Shown here: one piece after another, positions 22,857 to 32,830 of the stretch
Layout: every line of letters begins with the position of its first letter
Numbering within the stretch: the stretch's first letter is position 1
Source of the DNA: Polyangium mundeleinium
GTDB lineage: Bacteria; Myxococcota_A; Polyangia; Polyangiales; Polyangiaceae
DNA: 64,000 bases
NCBI RefSeq assembly: GCF_028369105.1
Contig: NZ_JAQNDO010000001.1
Span: 1,779,711 to 1,843,710 of the forward strand
Reading direction: 5' to 3'
Notes under the pieces: generated by a model
The model's database searches: none
Seen by the model: the letters and a program-made list of their open reading frames with translations, nothing else
Told to the model about the DNA's origin: nothing
Translations under genes and position numbers: made by a program

Positions 22857-22940
22857 GTCGCGCAGGGTATCCGGACCGGGCCCCGCGCCGCGAGGGAAAA
22901 ACCGTGACAACGCGCCGCGGCCGTCGATACCCTGCACGGC

Positions 22941-24461
22941 ATGCGCGCCGCGGGCGTCTTCGCGTGGGCCTTCTTGACGGCTGCGGCCGCGTCGGCCGAA
23001 GCATTCCCGGGCTACTTCTTCCTGGACAGGAGGGACTCGAAGATCCCGAACAGCGCGACGACCGTGGTGATCGCGCGGCGCGGGACGCGCACCGTCGTCT
23101 CGATGCAAATGGACTACACCGCACCGGCCGAGACCTATGATCTCGACACGGTGCCCCTGCGGCCCACGTACATCGTCGAGCAGACCGGGGTCGAGATGAT
23201 CGTGCCCGTGCCGGCCACGTTCAACCCCGACGCGGTGAAGAGGCTCCCGAGCGACATTTTCGAGCGGCTCGACGTGAGCAGCGCGCCGCGGCTCGTCGAA
23301 TCCTGGCAGCAGGATCCCTGCACCTACGCGGACATCGCCTCGATTGCGGCCCGCGACAAGGAGGGCGGCCCGAGCGTGCTGCCGGACGAGGGCTCCACGC
23401 GTCCCCGTGCCCAGGAAACGTCTCGCGTCCAGATCGACGCGCAATTCGCGGTGCGCGGCGCCTCCATCAACGTCATCGAGCCCTCCGACCTGGAGCCTTG
23501 GCTCGAGAGACGGGAGAAGCACATTCCGGAGAACGTCGCGACCGTGCTGCGCTCGTACAAGGAGGCCGGGTGGAAATTCTTCGTGACGCGTTTCTATCCC
23601 TCGCACGTCGAGATCCGCAGAGGCCGCTCCGTGTCCTCGCCCATTCAATTCGAATACGACGCAGAGGAGGTCCGGCTGCCTTTGCGCCTCGGGCTCTCGA
23701 GCTCGGCGGGCACGCAGGACCTCGTGGTGCACGTGCTCGCGGAGGACAGGTACGAGGCCACGAATTTCCCGAACCTCACGATTCCCACGAACGTGGAGGT
23801 CGACGGGGCGGCCCGCGCGCACTTCGGCGAGTTCTACGCGTCGCTCTTCGACGCGACGCTCGACAAGAATCCCGGCGCGTTCGTGACCGAATACGCGTGG
23901 GACGCGGAGTCGTGTGATCCGTGTCCGGGGCCCTTGCTTTCGCCCGAGGATCTACGATGGCTGGGCGCGCCGTCGGGGATGGTCGTGCATACGCGGCTTC
24001 ATGCGCGTTATCGCAAGGAGGCGCTCGGAGAGGACCCCGTTTTGCGGGTCGCGCCGCCGATCCAGGGCGGGCGCGGCGGCGAGGGGCAGGCGGCGGTGCC
24101 CGCGGAGGTGAGCACGTTTCAGGGGCGTTACGTCCTTCGCCACCGCTGGCAGGGCCCCGTGACGTGCCCGAGCCCCGATTTCGATATCTGGGGCGGGCCG
24201 CCGAGCGCGGACCTCACGAGCGTGCGGCCCGCCACGCCGTCCTCCGAGGTGGTGCGGGGGAAGGTCTATCTTTCAGCGATGGTGCGCGATTCCGTGCCGG
24301 CTGCCGGGGTCGTCGCGAAGCCGCGCCCGGACGAGGGCTCGGCGGGAAAGCGATTCTTGCTCGGCTTCGGCCTTGGCGCGGGCGCAGGGCTCTTCGGCAC
24401 GATCGGCGTGGTATTGGCGGTGACCCAAAGACGGCGCGTTTCGCGCAGGATTTCGCCATAA
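22941..24461 (+). CDS. Secreted protein with a C-terminal TM anchor (possibly DUF2330-like), function unknown
   Basis: Signal peptide MRAAGVFAWAFLTAAAASAEA; C-terminal hydrophobic segment LLGFGLGAGAGLFGTIGVVLAV followed by RRRVSRR. Confidence 0.7.
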   Translation: MRAAGVFAWAFLTAAAASAEAFPGYFFLDRRDSKIPNSATTVVIARRGTRTVVSMQMDYTAPAETYDLDTVPLRPTYIVEQTGVEMIVPVPATFNPDAVKRLPSDIFERLDVSSAPRLVESWQQDPCTYADIASIAARDKEGGPSVLPDEGSTRPRAQETSRVQIDAQFAVRGASINVIEPSDLEPWLERREKHIPENVATVLRSYKEAGWKFFVTRFYPSHVEIRRGRSVSSPIQFEYDAEEVRLPLRLGLSSSAGTQDLVVHVLAEDRYEATNFPNLTIPTNVEVDGAARAHFGEFYASLFDATLDKNPGAFVTEYAWDAESCDPCPGPLLSPEDLRWLGAPSGMVVHTRLHARYRKEALGEDPVLRVAPPIQGGRGGEGQAAVPAEVSTFQGRYVLRHRWQGPVTCPSPDFDIWGGPPSADLTSVRPATPSSEVVRGKVYLSAMVRDSVPAAGVVAKPRPDEGSAGKRFLLGFGLGAGAGLFGTIGVVLAVTQRRRVSRRISP

Positions 24462-24481
24462 CACGGGCGCCCGATCCTCGC

Positions 24482-24510
24482 TTGACATCCCCTTCGCGGG
24501 TCGCATCATG
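24482..24510 (+). promoter_or_regulatory. Candidate sigma70-like promoter for the amylase gene
   Basis: TTGACA at 24482-24487, a 17-nt spacer, then ATCATG at 24505-24510, about 75 bp upstream of ATG 24586. Sequence inspection only. Confidence 0.2.
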
Positions 24511-24585
24511 AGCGACCGTCCGTGAATGCGGCGCGAAGGTGTATTCGCGAGGCCGTGACGGCATCGACAGAAACGGGAGATCACG

Positions 24586-27144
24586 ATGAGACGATATCTT
24601 GGTTATTCGGTTCTCGGTTCGCTCGCTTGCCTCCTCGCGATGAACGCGGGGTGCGAAGGCGAGGATCTCAACACGGGCGGCACGGGCGGCACGGGGCTCA
24701 CCACGAATACGGGCAGCGCCGGCGCAGGCGCCGGGACGGGCGGCGCGGGCGGGATCGTGCAGGAGAGCTTCATCCGGATCCATTATCGGCTGCAGGACGG
24801 CGGCGACCCGAAGTCGTGGGGCGTGCATTTCTGGGGCGCTGGCTCGACGTCGCCGGCGTGGGGAACGCCGCAGGTGTTCGACGGGACGGACGAATTCGGC
24901 GTGTACACCGACGTGCGGGTGACGGTGACCGGCGACGCGGACGACGCGTGGCTCGGGCTCATCCCGGTGCAATGCTCGAACGGCAATTGCAAGAAGGACG
25001 TCGAGACGGGGGTTCGTTTCGCCGATCTCACGAAAAACGCCCAGGATGCGAACATCGCCGAGTGCTGGATCACGCAGGGCCAGGCCGTCTCGACGACGCC
25101 GCCGGCGGCGGCGGGGCCGGCGTACGAGATCTCGCGGCCGAAGGATTTCATCGACCTCGGCAATGGCAGCGTGCGGCTGATGTTCCGGGTGGCGAAGGGC
25201 TCGACGGGCACGGTCGAGTACGGCGCGGCCGCGGGGACGCTCGACAAGAAGGTGACGTGGGCGGCCGCGGACGACATCAACAAGAATGGCCTCATGATCA
25301 CGGGCCTGACGCCGGGTGAGGCCGTGTATTACCGGATCTCGACGAAGCTCGACGTGAATGGGCAGACGCTCGAGGACACGTCGGACGTGCTCGATCTGAA
25401 GCCGATCTCGTATGCGCCGATCACGGACGCGGCCGACTGGGCGTCGTGGGGCAGCAAGGGGATCATGTACCAGCTCATCGTCCGCACGTTCGCGGACGGC
25501 GGCACGACGAAGGCGGTCGGCGATTCCAAGGCCGAGAGCGGCATCGACACGACGAAGATGGACGGCGTGGGGGATCTCGTCGGGCTGCGGAAGGCCTTGC
25601 CGTACCTGAAAGAGCTCGGCGCCGACGCCATCTGGATGACCCCGGTCTTCAAGGCGAAGAGCTACCACGGCTACGACACGACGGATTTTTACGACATCGA
25701 TCCGTCCGTCGGCACGATGAAGGATTTCACCGATCTCACGGAGGCGGCGCACGCCGCGGGGATCAAGATCATCCTCGATCTCGTGCAGAACCACGTGGCC
25801 GACGTGAACCCCTGGTTCGTCGCGGGCGCGGATCCGAAGCACGCCGATTACGACAAGTACCACGACTGGTTCGTCTGGTCCGATCAATACTCGAACATGC
25901 TGGCGGACGGGCACCCGTGGGACGGATCGGCCGTGATGTGGGCGTGCAAGAATTACCAGTGCTACCACCAGATCTTCGGCGGCCCAATGCCGGAGCTCAA
26001 CTACCGCAACCCCGCGGTGCGCGCCGAGATGAAGAAGATCTCGCAGCACTGGATCGATCTCGGCGCGGACGGGTATCGCCTCGACGCGTCGAAGCACATC
26101 GATCAATTCGACGACAACGCGGACATCTCGCTCGACAAGCACGGCACGCACGTGTGGTGGAAGGAGTTCAACCATTTCGTCAAGAAGGACGTCGTGCGGC
26201 CCGCGGGCTCGGCCGCGGTGCTCCTGACGGGCGAGAATCGCTGGGATGATCCGGCCCAGTACGGCGAGATGATGCCGTACGGGGGCGACATGGACTCGCA
26301 GTTCGACTTCCCGTTCCGCAGCATCGTCGGCAATTTCGTGAACGGGCAGGCGGGCGACGCGGTCGATTTCGTGGGGTACGTGAACAAGGTCCAGGCGGAC
26401 CTCGCGGCCGGCGGCAATGGCGGCAGCCCGCATCATTACCTCGAGCGGTTCCTATCGAACCACGACCTCGAGCGGCCAGCGACGCAGTTCGAAGGCGCGG
26501 GCGCGGCGCTCGACGCGAAGCTGAAGCAGGCCGCGACGATCGTGCTCACGGTGCCGGGCATGCCGGTCATCTATTACGGCGAGGAGTTCGGCAAGAAGGG
26601 CAAGCGCGACAAGTTCCTCGGGAACGAGGCGTGGGACCGCGACGAGCTCATCCGCGAGCCGATGAGCTGGTTCGAGGCGAACGTGTTCGTCGGCGACAAG
26701 ATGACGGGCTGGAACATCGACGCGGCGGCCACGAACGAGGCGAACAAGGACGTGCTGCCCTTCGCGGGCGTGGGCATCACGGTCGCGCCGAACCCGGATT
26801 ACCCGTTCGTGAAGTTCATGTCGGAGCAGGAGCCGGCCTCGTGGGCCGCGCAAGAAGCCGACGCGTCGAGCCTCTTGCATCACTACCGGAAGCTCGTCGC
26901 GATCCGGAAGGCGCACGCCGTGTTCACGGACCTCGCCGCGACGATCACGCTCGTGAAGAACACGGCCGACGTCTACGAATACAAGCTCCAGAGCGGCGCG
27001 GAGACGATCTCGGTCGTCCTGAACCGCAAGTCGACGTCGCAGACGATCCCGTGGGGCGCCGCGGCGACGGATCTCCTCTCCGGGATCACGGGCATGTCGT
27101 TCGAGCTGCCCGCGTACGGGGCGATCATCGTGCAGAACAACTAG
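24586..27144 (+). CDS. Secreted alpha-amylase-family glycoside hydrolase (GH13) lipoprotein
   Basis: Lipobox LLAMNAGCEG. GH13 conserved regions: DAIWMTPVFKA...YHGYDTTDFYDID, GIKIILDLVQNHVA, GADGYRLDASKHI, VIYYGEEFG. A long N-terminal extension may hold a carbohydrate-binding or Ig-like domain. Confidence 0.9.
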   Translation: MRRYLGYSVLGSLACLLAMNAGCEGEDLNTGGTGGTGLTTNTGSAGAGAGTGGAGGIVQESFIRIHYRLQDGGDPKSWGVHFWGAGSTSPAWGTPQVFDGTDEFGVYTDVRVTVTGDADDAWLGLIPVQCSNGNCKKDVETGVRFADLTKNAQDANIAECWITQGQAVSTTPPAAAGPAYEISRPKDFIDLGNGSVRLMFRVAKGSTGTVEYGAAAGTLDKKVTWAAADDINKNGLMITGLTPGEAVYYRISTKLDVNGQTLEDTSDVLDLKPISYAPITDAADWASWGSKGIMYQLIVRTFADGGTTKAVGDSKAESGIDTTKMDGVGDLVGLRKALPYLKELGADAIWMTPVFKAKSYHGYDTTDFYDIDPSVGTMKDFTDLTEAAHAAGIKIILDLVQNHVADVNPWFVAGADPKHADYDKYHDWFVWSDQYSNMLADGHPWDGSAVMWACKNYQCYHQIFGGPMPELNYRNPAVRAEMKKISQHWIDLGADGYRLDASKHIDQFDDNADISLDKHGTHVWWKEFNHFVKKDVVRPAGSAAVLLTGENRWDDPAQYGEMMPYGGDMDSQFDFPFRSIVGNFVNGQAGDAVDFVGYVNKVQADLAAGGNGGSPHHYLERFLSNHDLERPATQFEGAGAALDAKLKQAATIVLTVPGMPVIYYGEEFGKKGKRDKFLGNEAWDRDELIREPMSWFEANVFVGDKMTGWNIDAAATNEANKDVLPFAGVGITVAPNPDYPFVKFMSEQEPASWAAQEADASSLLHHYRKLVAIRKAHAVFTDLAATITLVKNTADVYEYKLQSGAETISVVLNRKSTSQTIPWGAAATDLLSGITGMSFELPAYGAIIVQNN

Positions 27145-27273
27145 AAATGTACGGATGAGAAAAACACGGGCCGCGTCCTTCGCAGGCGAGGGGCGCGGCT
27201 TCGTGTCGCCCGGCGGCCCCGTGCGCGGGGCTCGACGCCGAGCCGCGCATCGTGGTAGCGTCTCTTCGGTCGT

Positions 27274-28005
27274 TTGAAACCGTTCACCCTCATGGTCCTG
27301 GTGGTGTTCGGGCTGGTGGCGGCGGCAGTCGCCGCGCGGCTGCTGGGGCTTGCGATGCGTACGCGCAAGGCCCCGGAGTTTCTGCTCGGGCTTTCGATGT
27401 TGCTTCCGCTCGTGGGGTATTCGATTCAGGTCGCGAGCGCGGTGACGCGAGGCGGCGCGCCTGCGCCGCTCGCCGTGGAGATCGGCGGGCTCGTCGTCGA
27501 CATCGGATTCCTCACGGTCGCGGGCTTCGTGTGGCTCGTCTTTCGGCGCGAGGAGACCTGGGCCCAGGTGTTCGCGTTCCTCCTCGTGGCCTTTGGCCTC
27601 GCCATGCCCGTCGTGAACCACGTCATTCCCTGGTCCAATGGATTGCCTTCGGCCCTCTGGCCTCGCGCGGTGTTGCGGACGCTTTGTTATGGCTGGGCCG
27701 CGGTGGAGGCGCTCCGGTATGCGGCGTTCATGCGAAAGCGCGTGCGTTTCGGGCTCGCCGAGCCGCTCGTGGCCGATCGGTTCGGCCTTTGGGGTTTCGG
27801 TTATCTTTGCGCCGCGCTCATGCTCGACGGCCTGACCGCGGGCGGCGCGCTCCACGTGCTGCAATCGCGCTTCGCCGACGTGTTCCTGGTCGGCGGCGCG
27901 GCGTTTGGGGTGCCGGCCATGCTTGCCTTCGGATTCAGCTTTTTCCCGCCGGTTGCGTACGTGCGATACGTCGAGCGCCGTCTCGGCGCGGAGGGCGCAT
28001 CATGA
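27274..28005 (+). CDS. Hypothetical integral membrane protein
   Basis: 243 aa with 6-7 hydrophobic helices. Its stop overlaps the next start in ATGA at 28002-28005. Confidence 0.6.
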   Translation: MKPFTLMVLVVFGLVAAAVAARLLGLAMRTRKAPEFLLGLSMLLPLVGYSIQVASAVTRGGAPAPLAVEIGGLVVDIGFLTVAGFVWLVFRREETWAQVFAFLLVAFGLAMPVVNHVIPWSNGLPSALWPRAVLRTLCYGWAAVEALRYAAFMRKRVRFGLAEPLVADRFGLWGFGYLCAALMLDGLTAGGALHVLQSRFADVFLVGGAAFGVPAMLAFGFSFFPPVAYVRYVERRLGAEGAS

Positions 28006-28409
28006 GCGAGGGTTCGCGTGTGTTCGAGCGGGTCGCGGAGGAGCTCGAGCGGCTCTCGAAGCTGAGCCGGCTGGAGGCGCGGGGCACTTTGCGGATTGCC
28101 CTCCGGGAGGCGGGGTTTTTGCCGAAGAACGTGACGCCCCGCTCGATGACCGTGGTGCTCGAAAAGACGCTGCCTTCCTTGCTGCTCAAGCGCGGCGTGC
28201 GGGAGGCGGCGATGATCTGTTACCAGATGACCATCCTCGTCCGCGAGACGATGGGCATGGAGTCGGCCGAGGTGGAGACCCCGGAGCGGGTGTTCGCCCG
28301 GATCGGGCGCGCCACGCTCCCGCCGCCCGCGCCGGGGTCGGATGCGGGGCGCACGCCGACGGGGCGCCTCTCCGCGGTGCCGGGGCCCATCAAGAAGCTC
28401 GGGTCGTGA
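28002..28409 (+). CDS. Hypothetical small protein of 135 aa, translationally coupled to the upstream membrane protein
   Basis: In-frame ATG at 28002 inside ORF 27252..28409 (MSEGSRVFERVAEELERLSKL...). The part upstream of that ATG is Arg-rich overlap with the membrane protein gene. Confidence 0.45.
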   Translation: MSEGSRVFERVAEELERLSKLSRLEARGTLRIALREAGFLPKNVTPRSMTVVLEKTLPSLLLKRGVREAAMICYQMTILVRETMGMESAEVETPERVFARIGRATLPPPAPGSDAGRTPTGRLSAVPGPIKKLGS

Positions 28410-28587
28410 GCGGCGTCGCGGCGGCAGCACGCTGCATGGGCACTTTTTAGACCGACCCTTTCGCCGAAGAGATCTTTCCCCCGCCGCCCGGACCGTCGAA
28501 CATGGACGGCGCGACAGGGGGACCCTCGGGCGGGGTGTCAGCTCCGAGCCCCCAGGGCCGTTTGGCCTTCGTCGGCTCCGGAGGACC

Positions 28588-31500
28588 ATGTCCCGCTCGC
28601 TGGATCGAATCAGGGCGTTCGCGAAGAATCACTCGCTGCCGCTGCGCGCGGCGATCGGCCTGCTCGTGCTCGTCGCGAGCCTCGCCGTGTTCATCGCGTC
28701 GCAGCGCGTCCCGCCGGTGCGCGCAGGCGTCGTCGATGCGCGGCTCGAGCTCGCGGCCGGCGAGGTGCGGCTTATCGAGGCCGGCAAGGGCAGCACGGTG
28801 ATCTCGGGCGCGCCGCTGCCCGCAGGCGCGGAGCTCGCCACGGGGACCGGGGCGCGGGCGCTCGTGCGGCTTTCGGATGGGTCGTCGCTCTTCCTGCGTG
28901 GCGACTCGACGGTGCGGCTCCAGCCGGACGGCGCCGAGATCGTGGCCGGCGAGGTGTGGCTCGACGCGCCGCCCTCGGAGCGCGGCGGCCTCAAGCACAA
29001 GGCCGGGGACGCGACGATCGCCGCGGCGGACGCGGGGCTCTCGATCCGGCGCGCGGGCGCGGAGGTCGTGGTCGTGGTGACGCGCGGGCTCGCGGTGCTC
29101 ACGTCGCCGGGCGGGCGCGTCGAGGTGAGCGCTGGCGAGCAGGCGCAGGCGTCCGGAAACGACAAACCCAAGGTGAGCCCGGTGCTCTTCTGGGACGACT
29201 GGACCGGCGGCATGGGGGATGGCCGTCCGCTCGCGGGCGCGGGCAGCGGCGCGGGCCGGATCTACGGCGTGAGCCCGGGGCTCCCCGGCGAGAAGGCGAA
29301 GGTGCTCGAGGTCAGCCGCCAGTCCGTGCGCGCGGTCATCCGCGAGGGGCTCGCCGAGACCGAGGTCGATCAGACGTTCGGCAACCCCGGCGGCGGCGTG
29401 CTCGAAGGCTGGTACTGGTTCAGCGTGCCGGAGCGGGCGATCGTGACGTCGTTCGCGGTCGAGACGAACGGCGTGCTCGTCGAGGGCGAGGTGACCGAGC
29501 GCAAGGAGGCCGCGGCGCGGTACGCGACGGCCATGGCGACGGGGCATTCGCCCGCGCTGCTCGAATGGGTCGACGGACGCACGTATCGCTCGCGGATCTA
29601 CCCGATCCCGGCGTCCGGCGCGCGCCGCGTGGTGCTCCGGTACCTCGAGGTGTTGCCTTCGCAGGGCGGGAAGCTCGAGTACCTCTACCCGATGCGCGGC
29701 GAGGATCCGGCGCGGATCGGGGAGTTTTCCCTGGAGGTGGATCTCGGGGTGGCGGGCTCGAAGATGCGGATCGCGAGCCTCGCGGACGCGGTGGTCGAGG
29801 ACGGCGGGCGGCGCGTGACGATGCGCCGGAGCGGGTATCTGCCGCGCGCGGACTTCCAGCTCGAAGCGACGCCGATCGAGCCGCAAAAGCGAGCCGCGCT
29901 CACGGTCGCGCGCTTCGCCGCGGGCGCGGATCGGGCCGACTACGTGATGGCGCGGTACGTGCCTGACATCGACTGGGCGGCCGTGCCCGAGCCGCCGGGC
30001 GACGTCGCGGTCGTGGTCGACACCTCGGCGTCGGGGGACGAGGCGGTGCGGCAGCAGAAGGCGGCCGCGGCGGAGGCGATCCTGCGGGCGCTCTCGCAGA
30101 AGGATCGGTTCGTGCTGATCGCGATCGACTCGGCGCCGACGGTGCTCTGGCCGAAGGAGGGGCTCGCCGAGGCGGCGGACAAGGAGATCGCGGCGGCGCT
30201 GGCGCGGCTCGCGGAGCATTCGTCGGGCGGCGCGACGGACCTCGGCGCGCTCTTCGACGCGGCGCTCGGGCGGCTGCACGGGACCGAGCAGCCCGCGGTG
30301 GTCTACATCGGCGATGGTTTGCCCACGTCGGGTGAGGTGAGCGGCGACCGGCTCTCGGAGCGGCTCCGGCGGAGCCTCTCGACCTCGCGGGCGCGGCTCT
30401 TCACGGTGGCCGTTGGGACCCAAAGCAATGTCGGTCTGCTCCGCGAGCTTGCGCGGCAGGGCGGCGGGCAGAGCTTCCGCATCGATCGGATGGAGACGGC
30501 GACGAGCGAGGTGCTCAGGCTCGCGAGCGCGATCAAGACGCCGACGATCACCGAGCTCGCGATCGACCTCGGCGCGGGGCTCGACGAGGCGATGCTCACG
30601 GCGAGCGGAAAGGTCTCGCGCGGCGAAGAGGTGCTCCTGTTCGCGCGGACGCACCACGCGCTGCCGGCCGAGGCGACGGTGAAGGGCCGCGTGGGCGGGA
30701 AGGATTTTGCGAAGAACTACCCGATCACGCTCGCGCAGGGGACGAGCACGTCGCTCGTGCCGCGGCTCTGGGCCGCGGAGAAGGTGCGGCGGCTGCTCGG
30801 CGAGGTGACGGATCCCGAGGAGCAGCGCGGCAAGATCGTGGAGATCGGGCTCGAGTACGGGCTGATGACGCCGTTCACGAGCATCCTCGCGCTGGAGAAC
30901 GAGGCCGCGTATGCGCGGCAAGGGATCCGGCGGAGGTATTCGCCGCTGCGGGGCGTGCGGCTCACGGCGCTCGATGCGCGCACGGAGCGGGCGCTGATGG
31001 ATGCGGCGCTGAACCCGACGCCCGCGGTCGCGATGGGGTGCAGCCTTCGCAGCAAGGAGGAGGCGCCGCCGGAGAGCGTGGCGGCTGCGCCCGCGCCGCT
31101 GGCGCTCGAGGACAAGCCGATGGACGTGCAGAACCAGACGTCTCCGGCGACAGCGATGGCGACGGCGACGCCCACGGAGCCCGAGCCTGCGGTCGCGGAG
31201 AACGCGCCTTCGCCTGCGAAGCCCGCGCCGGGCGGCGGGGGCGGGGCGTTCCGCGCGAACGCGGAGCGCGAGGGGCTCGACGGGCAAGAGATTGCGGGCA
31301 AGCGGTCGGTGGTGAACGGGTTGGCGACCGAGGATCAGCCGACGCTCGACAGGGCGAAGGGGCGCGCGCCCGAGCCGCCGCCGCCCCCGATGTCGACGTC
31401 GACGTCGCAGTTCGAGGCCACGAAGAAGCTCGCGGAGGGGACGACGGTGCGTGTCCCTCCGCCCCTCACGCCGCCGGCCACGCCGTGCAGCGACGTCGCG

Positions 31501-32781
31501 CGGAGGCCCCTCGCGGACCGCATCGTGATGTGGTCGAAGCGGCTGCGCGGCGAGCTCGACGGCAAGACGCTGGTGTCGCGGTACCAGGCCGCGCGCGGCG
31601 CGTGCGAGATCCCGGACTGGCGCGCCGAGCAAGCGCTGCTCGACCTCCTCCAGCGCAAGGCCCGCACCGAGGACGCCGTGACCACGCTGCTCGCGCACTT
31701 CGAGCCCGTGCCCGACACGCGCGCGTACGTGGCGCAGGCGATCCTCCGTCGCACCGTCGATCCGCGGATCGCCGCGTCCGTGCGGCGTACGCTCTTCGGC
31801 GAGAAGATCGCCTGGGATCAGGTCGACGCGGAGCTCGCCGCGATCGACGGCGTGGACGCGAAGCTCGCGAAGCTGCGCGAGCGGATGCTCGTCGCGCCTG
31901 GGGATCCGCAGGGCGATCTGCGGGTCGTGCGGCTCTTGGCGGAGGCGGGCAAGAAGGACGACGCGCTCGCGCAAGGCCGGAGGCTCCGGGATCGTGGGTT
32001 CATGAGCCCCGACCTCGCGCTCGCGCTCGGCGACGTGCTCGCGGCGCAGGGCTTTCAGGACGAGGCGCTCCGCACGTACTCGGAGATCGTGGAGTTCGAC
32101 TCGCAGAGCCCCGAGTCGCGGCGGCTGCTCGGCGACGTGTTCCTCCGGAACGGGTGGTACGGCGCGGCGTACCGGCAATACAAGACGCTCACGGATCTGC
32201 CGGCCGCGGACGCGCCGAGCTTCTTGCGGCTCGCGCTGGCCGCCGCGGGCAGCGGGCGCGTGGACGAGGCGCTGCGCTTGGAGCGGCAGGTTGCTTCGGC
32301 GGAGGGCACGCCGGGGCCGCGGGATCCGCGGCTCTGGGCGCGGCTCTGGGCGGCGGCGCACCTCGCGCGGCTGCTCGAAGGCGAAGGCAAACCCGTGGAG
32401 CCGGGCCTCGCCGAGGGGCTCTCGCGCAAGCTGAAGGAGCTCTCGCTCTTCAGCGGCCCGAGCGCGCTCGCGGTCCTCACGTGGGAGGACCTCGACACGA
32501 CGCTCGGCCTCGTCGGCAAGGAGGGCGGAGTGGAGGCGACGCTCGCCGAGCTTTCCGACGCGGCTTCGATCGGGATCTCGGCGGTGGAGCTTCCGCTCGG
32601 CGACGAGGCGCGCCTCGGGTTCTTGGCGCGCTTCCGCAAGGCGAGCCCGGGGCGCGAGGTGCCCGTCTCGTTGCACCTGATCGCGTGGGATGGGAAGGCG
32701 TTTCGTGTGACGATCCGGAAGGCGAAGCTCGGGGCGAAGGACACGGACGTCTCGCTTTCGTCCTTCAACCCCGGCCTCTGA
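28588..32781 (+). CDS. Large FecR–VIT–vWA–TPR-like multidomain protein
   Basis: The probable start is ATG 28588 (MSRSLDRIRAF...), followed by a TM helix. FecR-like segment (GARALVRLSDGSSLFLRGDSTVRL). VIT-like region. vWA with MIDAS-type residues (VAVVVDTSASGDE...SSGGATDLGALF...VVYIGDGLPT). C-terminal TPR-like helical repeats. Confidence 0.8.
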   Translation: MSRSLDRIRAFAKNHSLPLRAAIGLLVLVASLAVFIASQRVPPVRAGVVDARLELAAGEVRLIEAGKGSTVISGAPLPAGAELATGTGARALVRLSDGSSLFLRGDSTVRLQPDGAEIVAGEVWLDAPPSERGGLKHKAGDATIAAADAGLSIRRAGAEVVVVVTRGLAVLTSPGGRVEVSAGEQAQASGNDKPKVSPVLFWDDWTGGMGDGRPLAGAGSGAGRIYGVSPGLPGEKAKVLEVSRQSVRAVIREGLAETEVDQTFGNPGGGVLEGWYWFSVPERAIVTSFAVETNGVLVEGEVTERKEAAARYATAMATGHSPALLEWVDGRTYRSRIYPIPASGARRVVLRYLEVLPSQGGKLEYLYPMRGEDPARIGEFSLEVDLGVAGSKMRIASLADAVVEDGGRRVTMRRSGYLPRADFQLEATPIEPQKRAALTVARFAAGADRADYVMARYVPDIDWAAVPEPPGDVAVVVDTSASGDEAVRQQKAAAAEAILRALSQKDRFVLIAIDSAPTVLWPKEGLAEAADKEIAAALARLAEHSSGGATDLGALFDAALGRLHGTEQPAVVYIGDGLPTSGEVSGDRLSERLRRSLSTSRARLFTVAVGTQSNVGLLRELARQGGGQSFRIDRMETATSEVLRLASAIKTPTITELAIDLGAGLDEAMLTASGKVSRGEEVLLFARTHHALPAEATVKGRVGGKDFAKNYPITLAQGTSTSLVPRLWAAEKVRRLLGEVTDPEEQRGKIVEIGLEYGLMTPFTSILALENEAAYARQGIRRRYSPLRGVRLTALDARTERALMDAALNPTPAVAMGCSLRSKEEAPPESVAAAPAPLALEDKPMDVQNQTSPATAMATATPTEPEPAVAENAPSPAKPAPGGGGGAFRANAEREGLDGQEIAGKRSVVNGLATEDQPTLDRAKGRAPEPPPPPMSTSTSQFEATKKLAEGTTVRVPPPLTPPATPCSDVARRPLADRIVMWSKRLRGELDGKTLVSRYQAARGACEIPDWRAEQALLDLLQRKARTEDAVTTLLAHFEPVPDTRAYVAQAILRRTVDPRIAASVRRTLFGEKIAWDQVDAELAAIDGVDAKLAKLRERMLVAPGDPQGDLRVVRLLAEAGKKDDALAQGRRLRDRGFMSPDLALALGDVLAAQGFQDEALRTYSEIVEFDSQSPESRRLLGDVFLRNGWYGAAYRQYKTLTDLPAADAPSFLRLALAAAGSGRVDEALRLERQVASAEGTPGPRDPRLWARLWAAAHLARLLEGEGKPVEPGLAEGLSRKLKELSLFSGPSALAVLTWEDLDTTLGLVGKEGGVEATLAELSDAASIGISAVELPLGDEARLGFLARFRKASPGREVPVSLHLIAWDGKAFRVTIRKAKLGAKDTDVSLSSFNPGL

Positions 32782-32796
32782 GTCCCTCACCCCCAG

Positions 32797-32820
32797 CCCC
32801 TCTCCCGCTGGGAGAGGGGA
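32797..32820. other. Perfect 10-bp inverted repeat hairpin between the vWA gene stop and the next start
   Basis: cccctctccc-gctg-ggagagggga lies 16 nt after the stop at 32781 and 11 nt before ATG 32831. No U-tract. Confidence 0.3.
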
Positions 32821-32830
32821 GGAGAGGCGC

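Noticed and set aside
20634-23822. Full 1062-aa extent of the minus ORF
   Set aside because: The N-terminal approximately 320 codons above GTG 22856 are Arg-rich antisense of the divergent 22941 gene, so the gene was trimmed to 20634..22856.
24214-27864. Minus-strand ORFs 24214..26436 and 26452..27864
   Set aside because: Antisense to the GH13 amylase and membrane protein genes, with Arg-rich composition.
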